Made by a program: the position numbers and the translations under genes | The notes under the pieces: model-generated | The model's input: only the letters and a program-made list of their open reading frames with translations | Databases searched by the model: none | What the model was told of the DNA's origin: nothing | IMG/VR virus record: IMGVR_UViG_3300043821_000003 | Direction: 5' to 3' (one strand) | DNA length: 47,327 bases | Source: a virus | In this document: positions 8,220 to 16,420 of the stretch, in pieces | How positions within the stretch are numbered: position 1 is the stretch's first letter | How the letters are laid out: every line of letters starts with the position of its first letter

Positions 8220-8271
8220 GCGGTTTTAGGAAAAATTTTAAAATTTATTCCCTAGTTAGGAGGATTTAGGC

Positions 8272-8640
8272 ATGAATAATGATTTATTACTAAAACGCAT
8301 TGGTGAATTATGCACCGAAAAAGGAGTGAATAAAACAACTGCTTTTACCGAAAGTCACGTTGGTAAGAACTTCGCCAGTAACCTGAAAACCTCTAACCCT
8401 AGCCAAAAGAACCTTGCTTTATTAGCCCAGTATTTTGATTGCACTGTGGATTACCTCTTAGGTAATTCCGATGACCGGGGAACTGTAACAATCCCTATTC
8501 AGGAATCTATTCAGCTTTCTGAGGAAGAGCGTATTTTGATTTCCGCATTTAGAAGTGCTTCTATAGAAGGACGCATGAGAATCATCCAAGTCTGCATGAA
8601 TGAAAAGGATGCAAAAGGGGAAACTATCATTGCAGGATAA
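8272..8640 (+). CDS. cI-like XRE-family HTH repressor
   Basis: 122 aa. The N-terminal HTH has the DYLLG signature. RBS is AGGAGG. It sits directly upstream of the integrase. Confidence 0.8.
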   Translation: MNNDLLLKRIGELCTEKGVNKTTAFTESHVGKNFASNLKTSNPSQKNLALLAQYFDCTVDYLLGNSDDRGTVTIPIQESIQLSEEERILISAFRSASIEGRMRIIQVCMNEKDAKGETIIAG

Positions 8641-8667
8641 TAAGCATTGAGGAATGGAGGAAAAACC

Positions 8668-10251
8668 ATGTACGAAGAGATTAAGACTGCTTGTCTATAT
8701 CTGCGATATTCAAGCAGCAACCAAACTGAACAGTCCATAGAAGGTCAGATGCACGTCTGCCAAGACTTCTGCAAGAGACACGATATCAGAATTGTAGAGA
8801 TGTACATAGATCGTGCCACCTCTGCCAGTAAGGACATAGAGAAAAGAGTAGAGTTCCTAAAAATGATTAAGGACTCTGAGAAGGGAAACTTTGATGCAGT
8901 CATCGTCTATAAACTTGACCGCTTCGCCCGATCCCGGTATGACTCAGCTACTTACAAGTACCGTCTGAAAAGAAACGGTGTGCAGCTTGTCTCTGCCACT
9001 GAGAACATCACCCAAGACCCGGAAGGAATCATTCTTGAATCCGTTCTTGAAGGTATGGCAGAGTTCTACAGTGCGGAACTCTCACAGAAAATCAATCGTG
9101 GTATGAGGGAGTCAGCTATGAAGCATAACTCCATCGGTGGGGCTATCCCTCTGGGGTACAAGACCGTGGATAAGAAACTGATAGTTGATGAAACCACTGC
9201 TCCTATCGTCCGGGAAGCATTTCAGATGTATGCAGACGGTGAGTCTGTAGCCGAGATATGCAGAACGTTCAACAACCGTGGCTACAAGACTTCCAAGGGA
9301 ACACGTTTCGGCAAGAGCAGCTTCACTAAGATTTTCCGTAATGAGAAATACATCGGAGTCTATAAATACCATGACTACCGGGCAGAAGATGTTATCCCGC
9401 CAATCATTGATAAAGACCTGTGGGACAGAGTGCAGGTGAGAGTCGGTAAGATAAAGAAAGCCCCCGCCAGAAACAAGGCAAGGCATACTTACCTTCTGAC
9501 AGGGAAACTGTTCTGCGGACACTGTGGCAGTGCCATGAACGCTGACGGCAACTCACAGGGCTATTTGTATTATCGGTGTTACGGTAAAAAGAATCTGGAT
9601 AAACAATGTAATAAACGGAACATGGAAAAGAACCTGATTGAAAGACTGGTGGCACAGGACGCAATGTCATTCCTGACCGATGAATATATTGAGAAGATTG
9701 CTACTATTGCCTGTGATCGAAACAAGCAGGAAATTGAGAGTGATTCACCCATTCCTGTGATCCGTGACAGAATCAGGCAGGTTGACGTGTCTCTGAACAA
9801 TTTGCTGAAAGCTATCGAAACCGGGTCTGCCCCGGATATGCTTGTAAAGCGTATGGGAGAACTTGAAACTGAGAAGAAGGACATGGAAGTGCAGCTTAAA
9901 AAGGAAATGGCACACCAAGTCTATATTGATAAAGAGCAGGTAATCTTCTGGTTAGAGAAGTTCCGTGAAGGGGATATCAATGACGAAGAGTTCTGTCAGA
10001 CCGTGATTGATCTGTTCGTAAATTCTGTGACTGTATGGGATGAACCGGACGATAAGTTCAGGATCACCATTGCCTACAATCTTACCTCTATACCGCAAAA
10101 AACCTACCGCCTGTCGAAAGACGGTAGGTTATCGGATTACGCTTCCAATACTCCACCATTGAGTGCAAATCCAATGATATCAGGAAGCATTATGATTCAT
10201 ACCTTTACAGTCACCGTACACCCGCAGAAACGGGGAAGGAAAACCCTGTGA
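8668..10251 (+). CDS. int: Large serine recombinase (integrase)
   Basis: Resolvase catalytic domain (YLRYSSSNQ, VYKLDRFARS), recombinase domain, Cys zinc ribbon (CGHCGS...YYRCYGK) and coiled coil. GGAGGA precedes the ATG at 8668. Confidence 0.9.
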   Translation: MYEEIKTACLYLRYSSSNQTEQSIEGQMHVCQDFCKRHDIRIVEMYIDRATSASKDIEKRVEFLKMIKDSEKGNFDAVIVYKLDRFARSRYDSATYKYRLKRNGVQLVSATENITQDPEGIILESVLEGMAEFYSAELSQKINRGMRESAMKHNSIGGAIPLGYKTVDKKLIVDETTAPIVREAFQMYADGESVAEICRTFNNRGYKTSKGTRFGKSSFTKIFRNEKYIGVYKYHDYRAEDVIPPIIDKDLWDRVQVRVGKIKKAPARNKARHTYLLTGKLFCGHCGSAMNADGNSQGYLYYRCYGKKNLDKQCNKRNMEKNLIERLVAQDAMSFLTDEYIEKIATIACDRNKQEIESDSPIPVIRDRIRQVDVSLNNLLKAIETGSAPDMLVKRMGELETEKKDMEVQLKKEMAHQVYIDKEQVIFWLEKFREGDINDEEFCQTVIDLFVNSVTVWDEPDDKFRITIAYNLTSIPQKTYRLSKDGRLSDYASNTPPLSANPMISGSIMIHTFTVTVHPQKRGRKTL

Positions 10252-11673
10252 TTACAAAAGTCTGTTGACTTCTTTCTGCACAGCAGCATAATCATATCCT
10301 GCGGCAGTCAACTTGTTCTTACGGTCTGCACCATTGCCCCATTTGCCTGCGATAACTTCCTTCGCAATCTGGGTCACAGATTTCTTACTGGAAGTGCTAC
10401 CCTTTGCCAGTTCATTGACTTTTGCCTGAACCTGAGAGTAATTGTACCCGGCAGCTTCCAGTTTCTTCTTACGGTCATCACCGTTGCCCCACTTACCTGC
10501 AAGCACCTCTTTTGCGACTTCGGTAACAGACTTTGTAGGTGTGGTAGTTTTACCGCCCACAAGTCTGTTTACCGCAGTCTGTACCTCAGAGTAGTTATAT
10601 CCTGCGGCAGTGAGAGCGTTCTTTCTGGCATCACCGTTACCCCATGCACCTGCAAGAACTTCCTTTGCTACTTCATCTACAGATTTCTTTGTAGACGGAG
10701 TTACTGTAGAAGTACCACCAGAGAACTTCGGAGTAATGAAGCCACGGATGTATCTGCCATTAACGGCAATGTTTCTGTAGCCTACAGAGTCATTCTTGTT
10801 ACCCTCAATGACCTTGATCGTAGAACCGCTGACGGATACTACAATACCTACATGATCGCTCCATCCGGTACAGTCACCCACGCCGTTATCATCCCAGTCG
10901 TACAGGATCACGTCACCTGTGGACGGAACATAAGCATCATTCTCAACCCAGATTCCTGCTTTCTTCGCAAGGTTAATCATGTTCTCACAGGAACACTCCA
11001 CGCAAGGGAAGATATTGGAAAGTCCGGTTGCAATGAAAGCGGCAGATGCGGATGTAGCACACCAAGCATCGTTGACAGTCATCTTGTATCGTGTACAAAG
11101 TCCAGAGTCATTGAACACTTTCAAAATTGCTTTATGCTCTGCACTACCTTCCTTGATTCCTACATACTGTGCAAGCCAATTAACAGGCTTCTGTCTATCA
11201 CTCATATTAGTTACCCCCTTATCATACTTCGTAAGATTGTACTGTTCAACCAGTTTCATGTTATTAGTCACATAAGTAGAACTTGTGGCATATCCGTCAG
11301 CCTTGATGGTTTCCAGATATTTCTTCGGATCAGTGATTCCTTTAAGGTTCTGATATCGGGCAAGCTGAATAAATTCAAAATAACCCTTGATACCTTCCTC
11401 CATAGAATCATAGACACGGAAGTTGTCTTTGATCGTAGTAAGCGTACCCACGCTGTACTCTTCCTGAGTAGTCATGTTGACACTCTTACCTGTCCACTTC
11501 GTACCACACTTCAAACCAAAATAGTTATGATATCTGGCAGCAAGTTTGGAATTACCCCATCCTGATTCAAGAATTGCCTGTGCGATAATTGCACTATGTA
11601 CCTTAATGCCGTACTGTGCTGCATACTTCTGTACATACTTCGCTACCTGTTCAATAAATTCCTGATTCGTCAT
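10252..11673 (-). CDS. Modular endolysin: GH73 glucosaminidase + CHAP amidase/peptidase + 3 CW_7 (Cpl-7-type) wall-binding repeats
   Basis: AQAILESGWG...YFGLK (GH73). WCATSASA ... HVGIV ... IEGN (CHAP). Three copies of AKEV(L/I)AG.WGNG..RK..L.AAGY.Y..VQ..VN.L. Confidence 0.9.
   Translation of the reverse strand: MTNQEFIEQVAKYVQKYAAQYGIKVHSAIIAQAILESGWGNSKLAARYHNYFGLKCGTKWTGKSVNMTTQEEYSVGTLTTIKDNFRVYDSMEEGIKGYFEFIQLARYQNLKGITDPKKYLETIKADGYATSSTYVTNNMKLVEQYNLTKYDKGVTNMSDRQKPVNWLAQYVGIKEGSAEHKAILKVFNDSGLCTRYKMTVNDAWCATSASAAFIATGLSNIFPCVECSCENMINLAKKAGIWVENDAYVPSTGDVILYDWDDNGVGDCTGWSDHVGIVVSVSGSTIKVIEGNKNDSVGYRNIAVNGRYIRGFITPKFSGGTSTVTPSTKKSVDEVAKEVLAGAWGNGDARKNALTAAGYNYSEVQTAVNRLVGGKTTTPTKSVTEVAKEVLAGKWGNGDDRKKKLEAAGYNYSQVQAKVNELAKGSTSSKKSVTQIAKEVIAGKWGNGADRKNKLTAAGYDYAAVQKEVNRLL
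10255..10700 (-). repeat. Three ~130-150-bp coding repeats (CW_7 modules)
   Basis: The DNA blocks ggcaacggtgatgaccgtaagaag, ggcaatggtgcagaccgtaagaac and ggtaacggtgatgccagaaagaac recur with the protein repeats. Confidence 0.7.
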
Positions 11674-11720
11674 AATGTATCACTCCTTTGTGAAGAGGGG
11701 AGAAGAACTCTCCCCTGTGC

Positions 11721-12155
11721 TTACTGATCTGTGTTATCCGCAGAGTCAGATTTCTTTTTAAGTACCTCAATCGCAGATGTAATTGCCGGGGGAATATTGA
11801 TCCCCATAAGACCTGCATTTTCCACGATGGAAATAGTCTCATTCGCAATAAAAGCAATCACCACTGCATCCCTGATAAAGTTCGTCCCGGTCACAAGGTC
11901 AAGGCGTGTAGCCACCAGAACCATCAGAAGAGTAATGCACTTACGGCACAGTCCCTTCCAACCTGCTCTGGACTCCAAAGCACCGTTTTCTGTCTTACCG
12001 GAATTATGGAACACACCTGCCACAAGCAGACCTGTCACATAATCAATAGCCATGAAAATTACCAGTGTTACCAGTGCGGCATCCCAACCGCCAAACAGAG
12101 AAGCAATCACGCTTCCTACAACTCCAATAGCTGTGCAAATTCCATCCTTCATCAT
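11721..12155 (-). CDS. Holin (phage_holin_4_1 / toxin-secretion holin family)
   Basis: Multiple TM segments with DYVTG ... ANE.ISI.EN ... P. AGGAGG precedes the ATG at 12155 (ORF track start is 12176). Confidence 0.8.
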   Translation of the reverse strand: MMKDGICTAIGVVGSVIASLFGGWDAALVTLVIFMAIDYVTGLLVAGVFHNSGKTENGALESRAGWKGLCRKCITLLMVLVATRLDLVTGTNFIRDAVVIAFIANETISIVENAGLMGINIPPAITSAIEVLKKKSDSADNTDQ

Positions 12156-12159
12156 CTCT

Positions 12160-12315
12160 TTAGTCCTCCTGTTCATCGTAGTCCTCCCCGGTAATCTCTT
12201 TGAAATTCTCCGGGCTGATCCATCCCTTTTCTACTGCATCCCTAACTCTCTTTTCCTTCCAGAGTCCATTGTCATAGAAATTCTTCACCATCTCAAACTT
12301 ACTCTTCTTCGCCAT
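12160..12315 (-). CDS. xkdX: XkdX-family small phage protein (51 aa)
   Basis: MAKKSKFEMVKNFYDNGLWKEKRVRDAVEKGWISPENFKEITGEDYDEQED matches the XkdX pattern (YY..GLW....V...V.KG.IT..EY.EITG). Below the ORF-track cutoff. Confidence 0.7.
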   Translation of the reverse strand: MAKKSKFEMVKNFYDNGLWKEKRVRDAVEKGWISPENFKEITGEDYDEQED

Positions 12316-12478
12316 GATCCTGTACCTCCTGTTCGTCATCTTCCTGCTCCATCTCGATATCTGCCATCATAGCCAGATATTCAATGTCACTGTTTGCCTT
12401 TGCGATCTGTGCCTGCATTGCAGCGTTCTTCTGACGCTCTTTTACAAGCTGTTCTCTTGCACTGATAAATCCAAACAT
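12299..12478 (-). CDS. Hypothetical coiled-coil protein (59 aa from MFGF)
   Basis: GGAGGG lies 7 nt upstream of the ATG at 12478. It has an acidic C-terminus and overlaps the RT 3' end. Confidence 0.5.
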   Translation of the reverse strand: MFGFISAREQLVKERQKNAAMQAQIAKANSDIEYLAMMADIEMEQEDDEQEVQDHGEEE

Positions 12479-13575
12479 TTGCTTTCCCTCCATAAATTCT
12501 TATAATATTGATCCATACAAATAATGAGATTGTGGCAATTTCTCCTTGCCCTCCTACCCGGAGATTTCCTTTTCTTGCTACTCTCATTACCTACATGGGC
12601 TTTCCAACTTTCATAACACCTGTCAACCTCTTCCTTAGTCATGTACCCTTGCTTTGCCCTGTTTACCAACTTCCGCAGTTTCCTACGTTCGTGTGATAAC
12701 TTCTCAGGCAGTAGTGTCATGACTACCTTTCCGGTCTTTGTCAACCGGAAGCGGAAACCCAGAAACTTGATACCCTGAGTCACCTTGAAAAGCTGTGTTT
12801 TCTTCGGACTCAGTTTCAAACCTCTTGAAGATATCCAAGCATCAATCTTTATCAAACACTCCTGCAAATAAGCCTTGTCCTCATGGATGATAATGAAATC
12901 ATCGTTGTACCGGACATAGTGCTTAATGTGAAGTTGCTCTTTTATAAAATGGTCGAAGTCATCTAAGACTGCTAACTGTATAAGCTGTGTCGTTTCTGAA
13001 CCAAGACCCATGCCTACTTCTGGATCATCACCTTGATTGAAGCTGTCAATGATCCGCTTGATTTCTCCGTTCACCCATTCGTCATTGACCCTCTTTGTTA
13101 CCGCTGAGTAAGCCAGTTCATGAGAGGTGCTACCGAAGAAATTCTTCAAGTCTGCTTTGAGTACCCATCCTTCTGTACCGTGTTTCCGGTAATACTTCTG
13201 CAAGTGACAGATCAGCCTTTTCCTTGCGAACTCTGTTCCTCTTCCATCCTGACAAGCACAGTTATCATAGATAAATGATTTTGTCATGGTGTCGTAAAAG
13301 TAGTTGTCGCATAGGCTTCTCTGAAATACCCTGTCCTTGATTCTTGTACTTACAATGTCTCTTTCTTTTGGCTCATACACTTTGAACTGTGTATAAGCAT
13401 CTAACTTATATGTACCATTCTCCACGCTCTCCTTTAGCTTATGAACATTAACCAAACCATTCTTTACATACCCGGCTACACTGTCTTTCCACATGACGTT
13501 GTTCTTGCAATGCTGCATAGCCCGGTACAGATTATCAAAGTCACAGACTTCATCTCTCACTTCGGATTCCATCAT
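12442..13575 (-). CDS. DGR reverse transcriptase
   Basis: RT motifs include LGSETTQ (the DGR-type [ILV]GxxxSQ) and YVRYNDDFIIIH (YxDD). It is located next to the TR and avd. Confidence 0.9.
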   Translation of the reverse strand: MMESEVRDEVCDFDNLYRAMQHCKNNVMWKDSVAGYVKNGLVNVHKLKESVENGTYKLDAYTQFKVYEPKERDIVSTRIKDRVFQRSLCDNYFYDTMTKSFIYDNCACQDGRGTEFARKRLICHLQKYYRKHGTEGWVLKADLKNFFGSTSHELAYSAVTKRVNDEWVNGEIKRIIDSFNQGDDPEVGMGLGSETTQLIQLAVLDDFDHFIKEQLHIKHYVRYNDDFIIIHEDKAYLQECLIKIDAWISSRGLKLSPKKTQLFKVTQGIKFLGFRFRLTKTGKVVMTLLPEKLSHERRKLRKLVNRAKQGYMTKEEVDRCYESWKAHVGNESSKKRKSPGRRARRNCHNLIICMDQYYKNLWRESKCLDLSVQENSL

Positions 13576-13846
13576 GTATATTTCTCCCGTAAATCATTGG
13601 TTGCCGTTTATAGTGATACTGCCGTAAGGACGGCAATCACATCAGCACTCTGTTTTCGCCCTACTATATTCAGGTCAGGATGACGATTCCTTGTGTGAGT
13701 GCATTGATTTCAGCCTGTGCCTACTTTATTACTAGCGTTTCTCACAATCCGGGGCAACCCCATTGCTGTTGTTCGCATTGTTGTTGTTCAGATTACCGTC
13801 CGTATTCACGTTGCGAACGTTGTTACCGTTCCCGGTGTTCGGGGTA
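13576..13846 (-). ncRNA. DGR template RNA (TR plus the 168-nt TR-RT spacer)
   Basis: Non-coding on the sense strand. The spacer contains the hairpin UGCCGU-CCUU-ACGGCA (13620-13635). The RNA extent is inferred, not measured. Confidence 0.55.
13744..13846 (-). repeat. DGR template repeat (TR)
   Basis: In the target frame it reads TPNTGNGNNVRNVNTDGNLNNNNANNSNGVAPDC, with 10 AAC and 4 AAT codons. It is the adenine-containing parent of both VR1 and VR2. Confidence 0.9.
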
Positions 13847-13880
13847 AACACATATCTTACAATCGTCAACCTTATATCAT

Positions 13881-14300
13881 TTACTTGTATCTATTTTCAT
13901 CAGACCTCTTCCAGTTCCGAAGAAGATTCTGGACGCTGACTACAAGTCCTGTCCAGTGATCCATCTTAGAACCTTCGATTCCGAAAGTACGGTAAGCAAT
14001 ATCCATCATGGTAAGCAAGGAATATGTCTGTGCCAAAGCCTGAACTTGATATCCTCTCCGTAATTCCCAGTCGGCTTTCCAATGTTCAGACTCAGGATTC
14101 ACATACACTGAATTTGCCATATTGATAAGTCGGCTGATCTCTACCGCAGCATCTACGATCTTCGCCGTGATGCACCAACGGTATCTCTTCGGGAAGCAAT
14201 TCTCATTACTGCAAATATGGATGGTATGTGTAGCCAACTCATTTGCTTTTGTAATTACTTCCAGTTTGGGTGTACCTCTCTTTGACTTCGGTACTGACAT
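13881..14300 (-). CDS. avd: Avd (accessory variability determinant, four-helix-bundle protein)
   Basis: 139 aa from MSVPKSKRG with RBS GGAGTGAGG. Has the FPK..R...T.KI motif and a basic C-terminus, and lies between the target and the TR. Confidence 0.8.
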   Translation of the reverse strand: MSVPKSKRGTPKLEVITKANELATHTIHICSNENCFPKRYRWCITAKIVDAAVEISRLINMANSVYVNPESEHWKADWELRRGYQVQALAQTYSLLTMMDIAYRTFGIEGSKMDHWTGLVVSVQNLLRNWKRSDENRYK

Positions 14301-14317
14301 TTTCCTCACTCCTTCCC

Positions 14318-14335
14318 CCACCCCTAACGGGGTGG
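14318..14335 (-). promoter_or_regulatory. Hairpin downstream of VR1 (CCACCCC-GTTA-GGGGTGG), candidate DGR target-recognition element
   Basis: Perfect 7-bp GC-rich stem with a 4-nt loop, 22 nt after the end of TR homology. Intergenic. Confidence 0.6.
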
Positions 14336-14345
14336 ATTTCTGATC

Positions 14346-15512
14346 TTAGATCACATTACAAGCCGGGGCAACCCCACCGCTGCTGAGCGCACTGCCGTAG
14401 CCCAGAATACCGTCCGTATACACGCAGCGAACGTAGCTACCGTTCCCGGTGTCCGGGGTACGAAGCCACCACCACTGCGGGCTACCTCCACGGTATTTGA
14501 TACGGTTCTTGTCTGCTCCTGCGTTCGCACTTGTGTAATCAGAATAGTCAGAGTAGAACGGATAAGGCTCACCCTCTGTCACATTACTTACCTCATTACC
14601 CGCAAATACTTCACGTCTGGAAAGCAGGAAAAACTTATCCTTTGTAGTATCAGAACCACCGCCATCAGTAACCGTATTACGACAAGTTACTTTTGTGGTC
14701 TTTCCGATAACTGCCAGAAAGTCTGCATCCAAACCATTCATGAAACCTGCTGTACTTGCGTTCCAAGATGGAGGTCTGTCAAACTTTGTCTGAGGTGTCC
14801 ATACAGACCCGGCAGCTTTATCACTGTTAAGGTACTGTCTCATTGCAGATTCAACCCAGTTATTAGAACCGTATCTAATTCTGTGAGAATGGTTCATGTT
14901 GGTAGTCTTACCATCCGCAGTACCAAGGTTTGTACCACCTGTACCTTCGGTAACGCCTACAGTTTCAATAGCAGCGGTGTCAGTTCTACTCTTATAGGTG
15001 GAAACCTTTGTAGTAGAAGCCTGAGTATTCCAGTTCCAAGGGAAGGTAATCTGACCGCCTGCGGGTACTTCCTTTGTAAGAGTGAACTGGTAAGTCTTGC
15101 CACCGCCATAAGCAGTGTCATAGCCTGCAAGCAGTGTAAAATTATAAGTTCCTGCCGCAAGTGCAGTCTCACAATAAAACAGTGCTTCTGGTGCATCATA
15201 CTGAGTACCCTGTAAACAGTCATGAAGCTGTAAGGTCATGCTGTGAGTGAACTGCTTGTCTGCCGGGGTATCAATGTCAAAACCGATGATATCCCACACC
15301 AGAGTTGTGCTACCTCTCTGGCAGGTCAACTGATCTCCTATAGCAAATACCTTGCTTGCCAGTCCCTTACGGACAAGTGCCTGCACATCACTCCAAGATG
15401 TAGGTTTCAGGCTACCACCCTGTCCGGTTGCAATCGCAGCAAGGAACTGGTTCATAATGTCCATCTTCTCTGCGAACGTATCGTCAGAGAGAAAACCAAA
15501 CTGATTGCTCAT
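14346..15512 (-). CDS. DGR target protein 1: tail-fibre / receptor-binding-type protein with a C-terminal lectin-like variable domain
   Basis: 388 aa ending ...FFLLSRRE...WWWLRTPDTGNGSYVRCVYTDGILGYGSALSSGGVAPACNVI. It is the last gene of the tail module, immediately upstream of avd. Confidence 0.9.
   Translation of the reverse strand: MSNQFGFLSDDTFAEKMDIMNQFLAAIATGQGGSLKPTSWSDVQALVRKGLASKVFAIGDQLTCQRGSTTLVWDIIGFDIDTPADKQFTHSMTLQLHDCLQGTQYDAPEALFYCETALAAGTYNFTLLAGYDTAYGGGKTYQFTLTKEVPAGGQITFPWNWNTQASTTKVSTYKSRTDTAAIETVGVTEGTGGTNLGTADGKTTNMNHSHRIRYGSNNWVESAMRQYLNSDKAAGSVWTPQTKFDRPPSWNASTAGFMNGLDADFLAVIGKTTKVTCRNTVTDGGGSDTTKDKFFLLSRREVFAGNEVSNVTEGEPYPFYSDYSDYTSANAGADKNRIKYRGGSPQWWWLRTPDTGNGSYVRCVYTDGILGYGSALSSGGVAPACNVI
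14358..14460 (-). repeat. DGR variable repeat VR1
   Basis: By hand count there are 18 mismatches to the TR in the 98-nt core, all at TR adenines on the coding strand. Confidence 0.9.
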
Positions 15513-15526
15513 TGTCTTATCCTCCT

Positions 15527-16405
15527 TTATCCTGTAACAACTTCGTCATACTCAAATACGGGCTTACCACCAATCACCTTGATTGCACCCTGATAGGTTT
15601 TCCCGGTATCATCGTTGACGATCATCATAGTAGCTGCTGCTTTCAATGCAGAATCGGTAGCAGTGTTGCAATCTGTGATTGCCTTTGAAGTGTCCTGCTG
15701 ACGTTTTGTCTCAGCCTGTACCCTGCTGTTTTCAGCAGTAACACGGGACTTCTCAGCCTGTACCCTTGCAGACTCAGCGGACACCCTAGACTGCTCCGTC
15801 TGAACTCTTCCACTCTCAGCCTGTACCCTTGCAGACTCAGCGGACACCCTAGACTGCTCCGTCTGAACTCTTCCACTCTCAGCCTGTACCCTTGCAGACT
15901 CAGCGGACACCCTAGACTGCTCCGTCTGAACTCTTCCACTCTCAGCCTGCACACGCTTTGCTTCGGCATCCTTGATAGCCTGCACATCTGCAATTAACTG
16001 AATCAAGATTCCGTAATCGTTATCTTTTTCAATCTCAGAGTCATCTGGTGCAGCCGCTTCCTGAACTTCCAACTCAAAGAGCGTTGTACTCAGTACCGTT
16101 TTTGTTGCTGTGATGATCGAAATATCACACTTCACAGTACCGTCAAGCTGCAACATCCAATAGGTAAGCGGTACAGTCACCGTTCCATCAGAGTTGACAG
16201 TTCCCTCAAAGGTCTTTGCAGTTTCGTCCTCACGTCTTGCATTGATGACTGCGGTAGATGCAGAATCCACATTGATACGCTCACCGCTATCCAGAAGAGT
16301 TACTTTCAGATAACGAGACTGCTTATCGTACTGCTTTGCCACGATTGCAGCAAAACGGTTAAGCTGAGATACATCCACCTCAATCTCTTTAATGATCGTT
16401 GCCAT
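15527..16405 (-). CDS. BppU-N-like baseplate/tail-fibre protein with a coiled-coil repeat stalk
   Basis: The N-terminus (MATIIKEIEVDVSQLNRF...KQYDKQSRYLKVTLLD) resembles the BppU N-domain. The centre holds 21-aa tandem repeats. Confidence 0.6.
   Translation of the reverse strand: MATIIKEIEVDVSQLNRFAAIVAKQYDKQSRYLKVTLLDSGERINVDSASTAVINARREDETAKTFEGTVNSDGTVTVPLTYWMLQLDGTVKCDISIITATKTVLSTTLFELEVQEAAAPDDSEIEKDNDYGILIQLIADVQAIKDAEAKRVQAESGRVQTEQSRVSAESARVQAESGRVQTEQSRVSAESARVQAESGRVQTEQSRVSAESARVQAEKSRVTAENSRVQAETKRQQDTSKAITDCNTATDSALKAAATMMIVNDDTGKTYQGAIKVIGGKPVFEYDEVVTG
15752..15940 (-). repeat. Three perfect 63-bp tandem repeats (21-aa unit AESGRVQTEQSRVSAESARVQ), with degenerate flanking copies
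   Basis: Units start at 15752, 15815 and 15878 and are identical when read by eye. They are in frame. Confidence 0.95.
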
Positions 16406-16420
16406 TCTCCTTCACCTCCC

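Noticed and set aside
12442-13575. Reverse transcriptase as a retron, group II intron or Abi-type RT
   Set aside because: It is flanked by a TR/VR pair with adenine-only mismatches and by an Avd gene, and it has the DGR-type GxxxSQ motif. No intron RNA domains or msr/msd-like structure were evident.
13717-13959. 80-aa plus-strand ORF (…GNPIAVVRIVVVQITVRIHVANVVTVPGVRG…) covering the TR
   Set aside because: It is the antisense reading of the adenine-rich template repeat, which gives a T-rich, Val/Ile-rich artefact. It has no RBS, and the TR is expected to be non-coding. The analogous ORF 6993-7286 is the antisense of VR2.
15752-15940. Regularly spaced identical repeats that could be taken for a CRISPR array
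   Set aside because: The units are directly tandem with no spacers. The 63-bp period is in frame inside a long ORF and encodes a heptad-like coiled coil. No cas genes are present.
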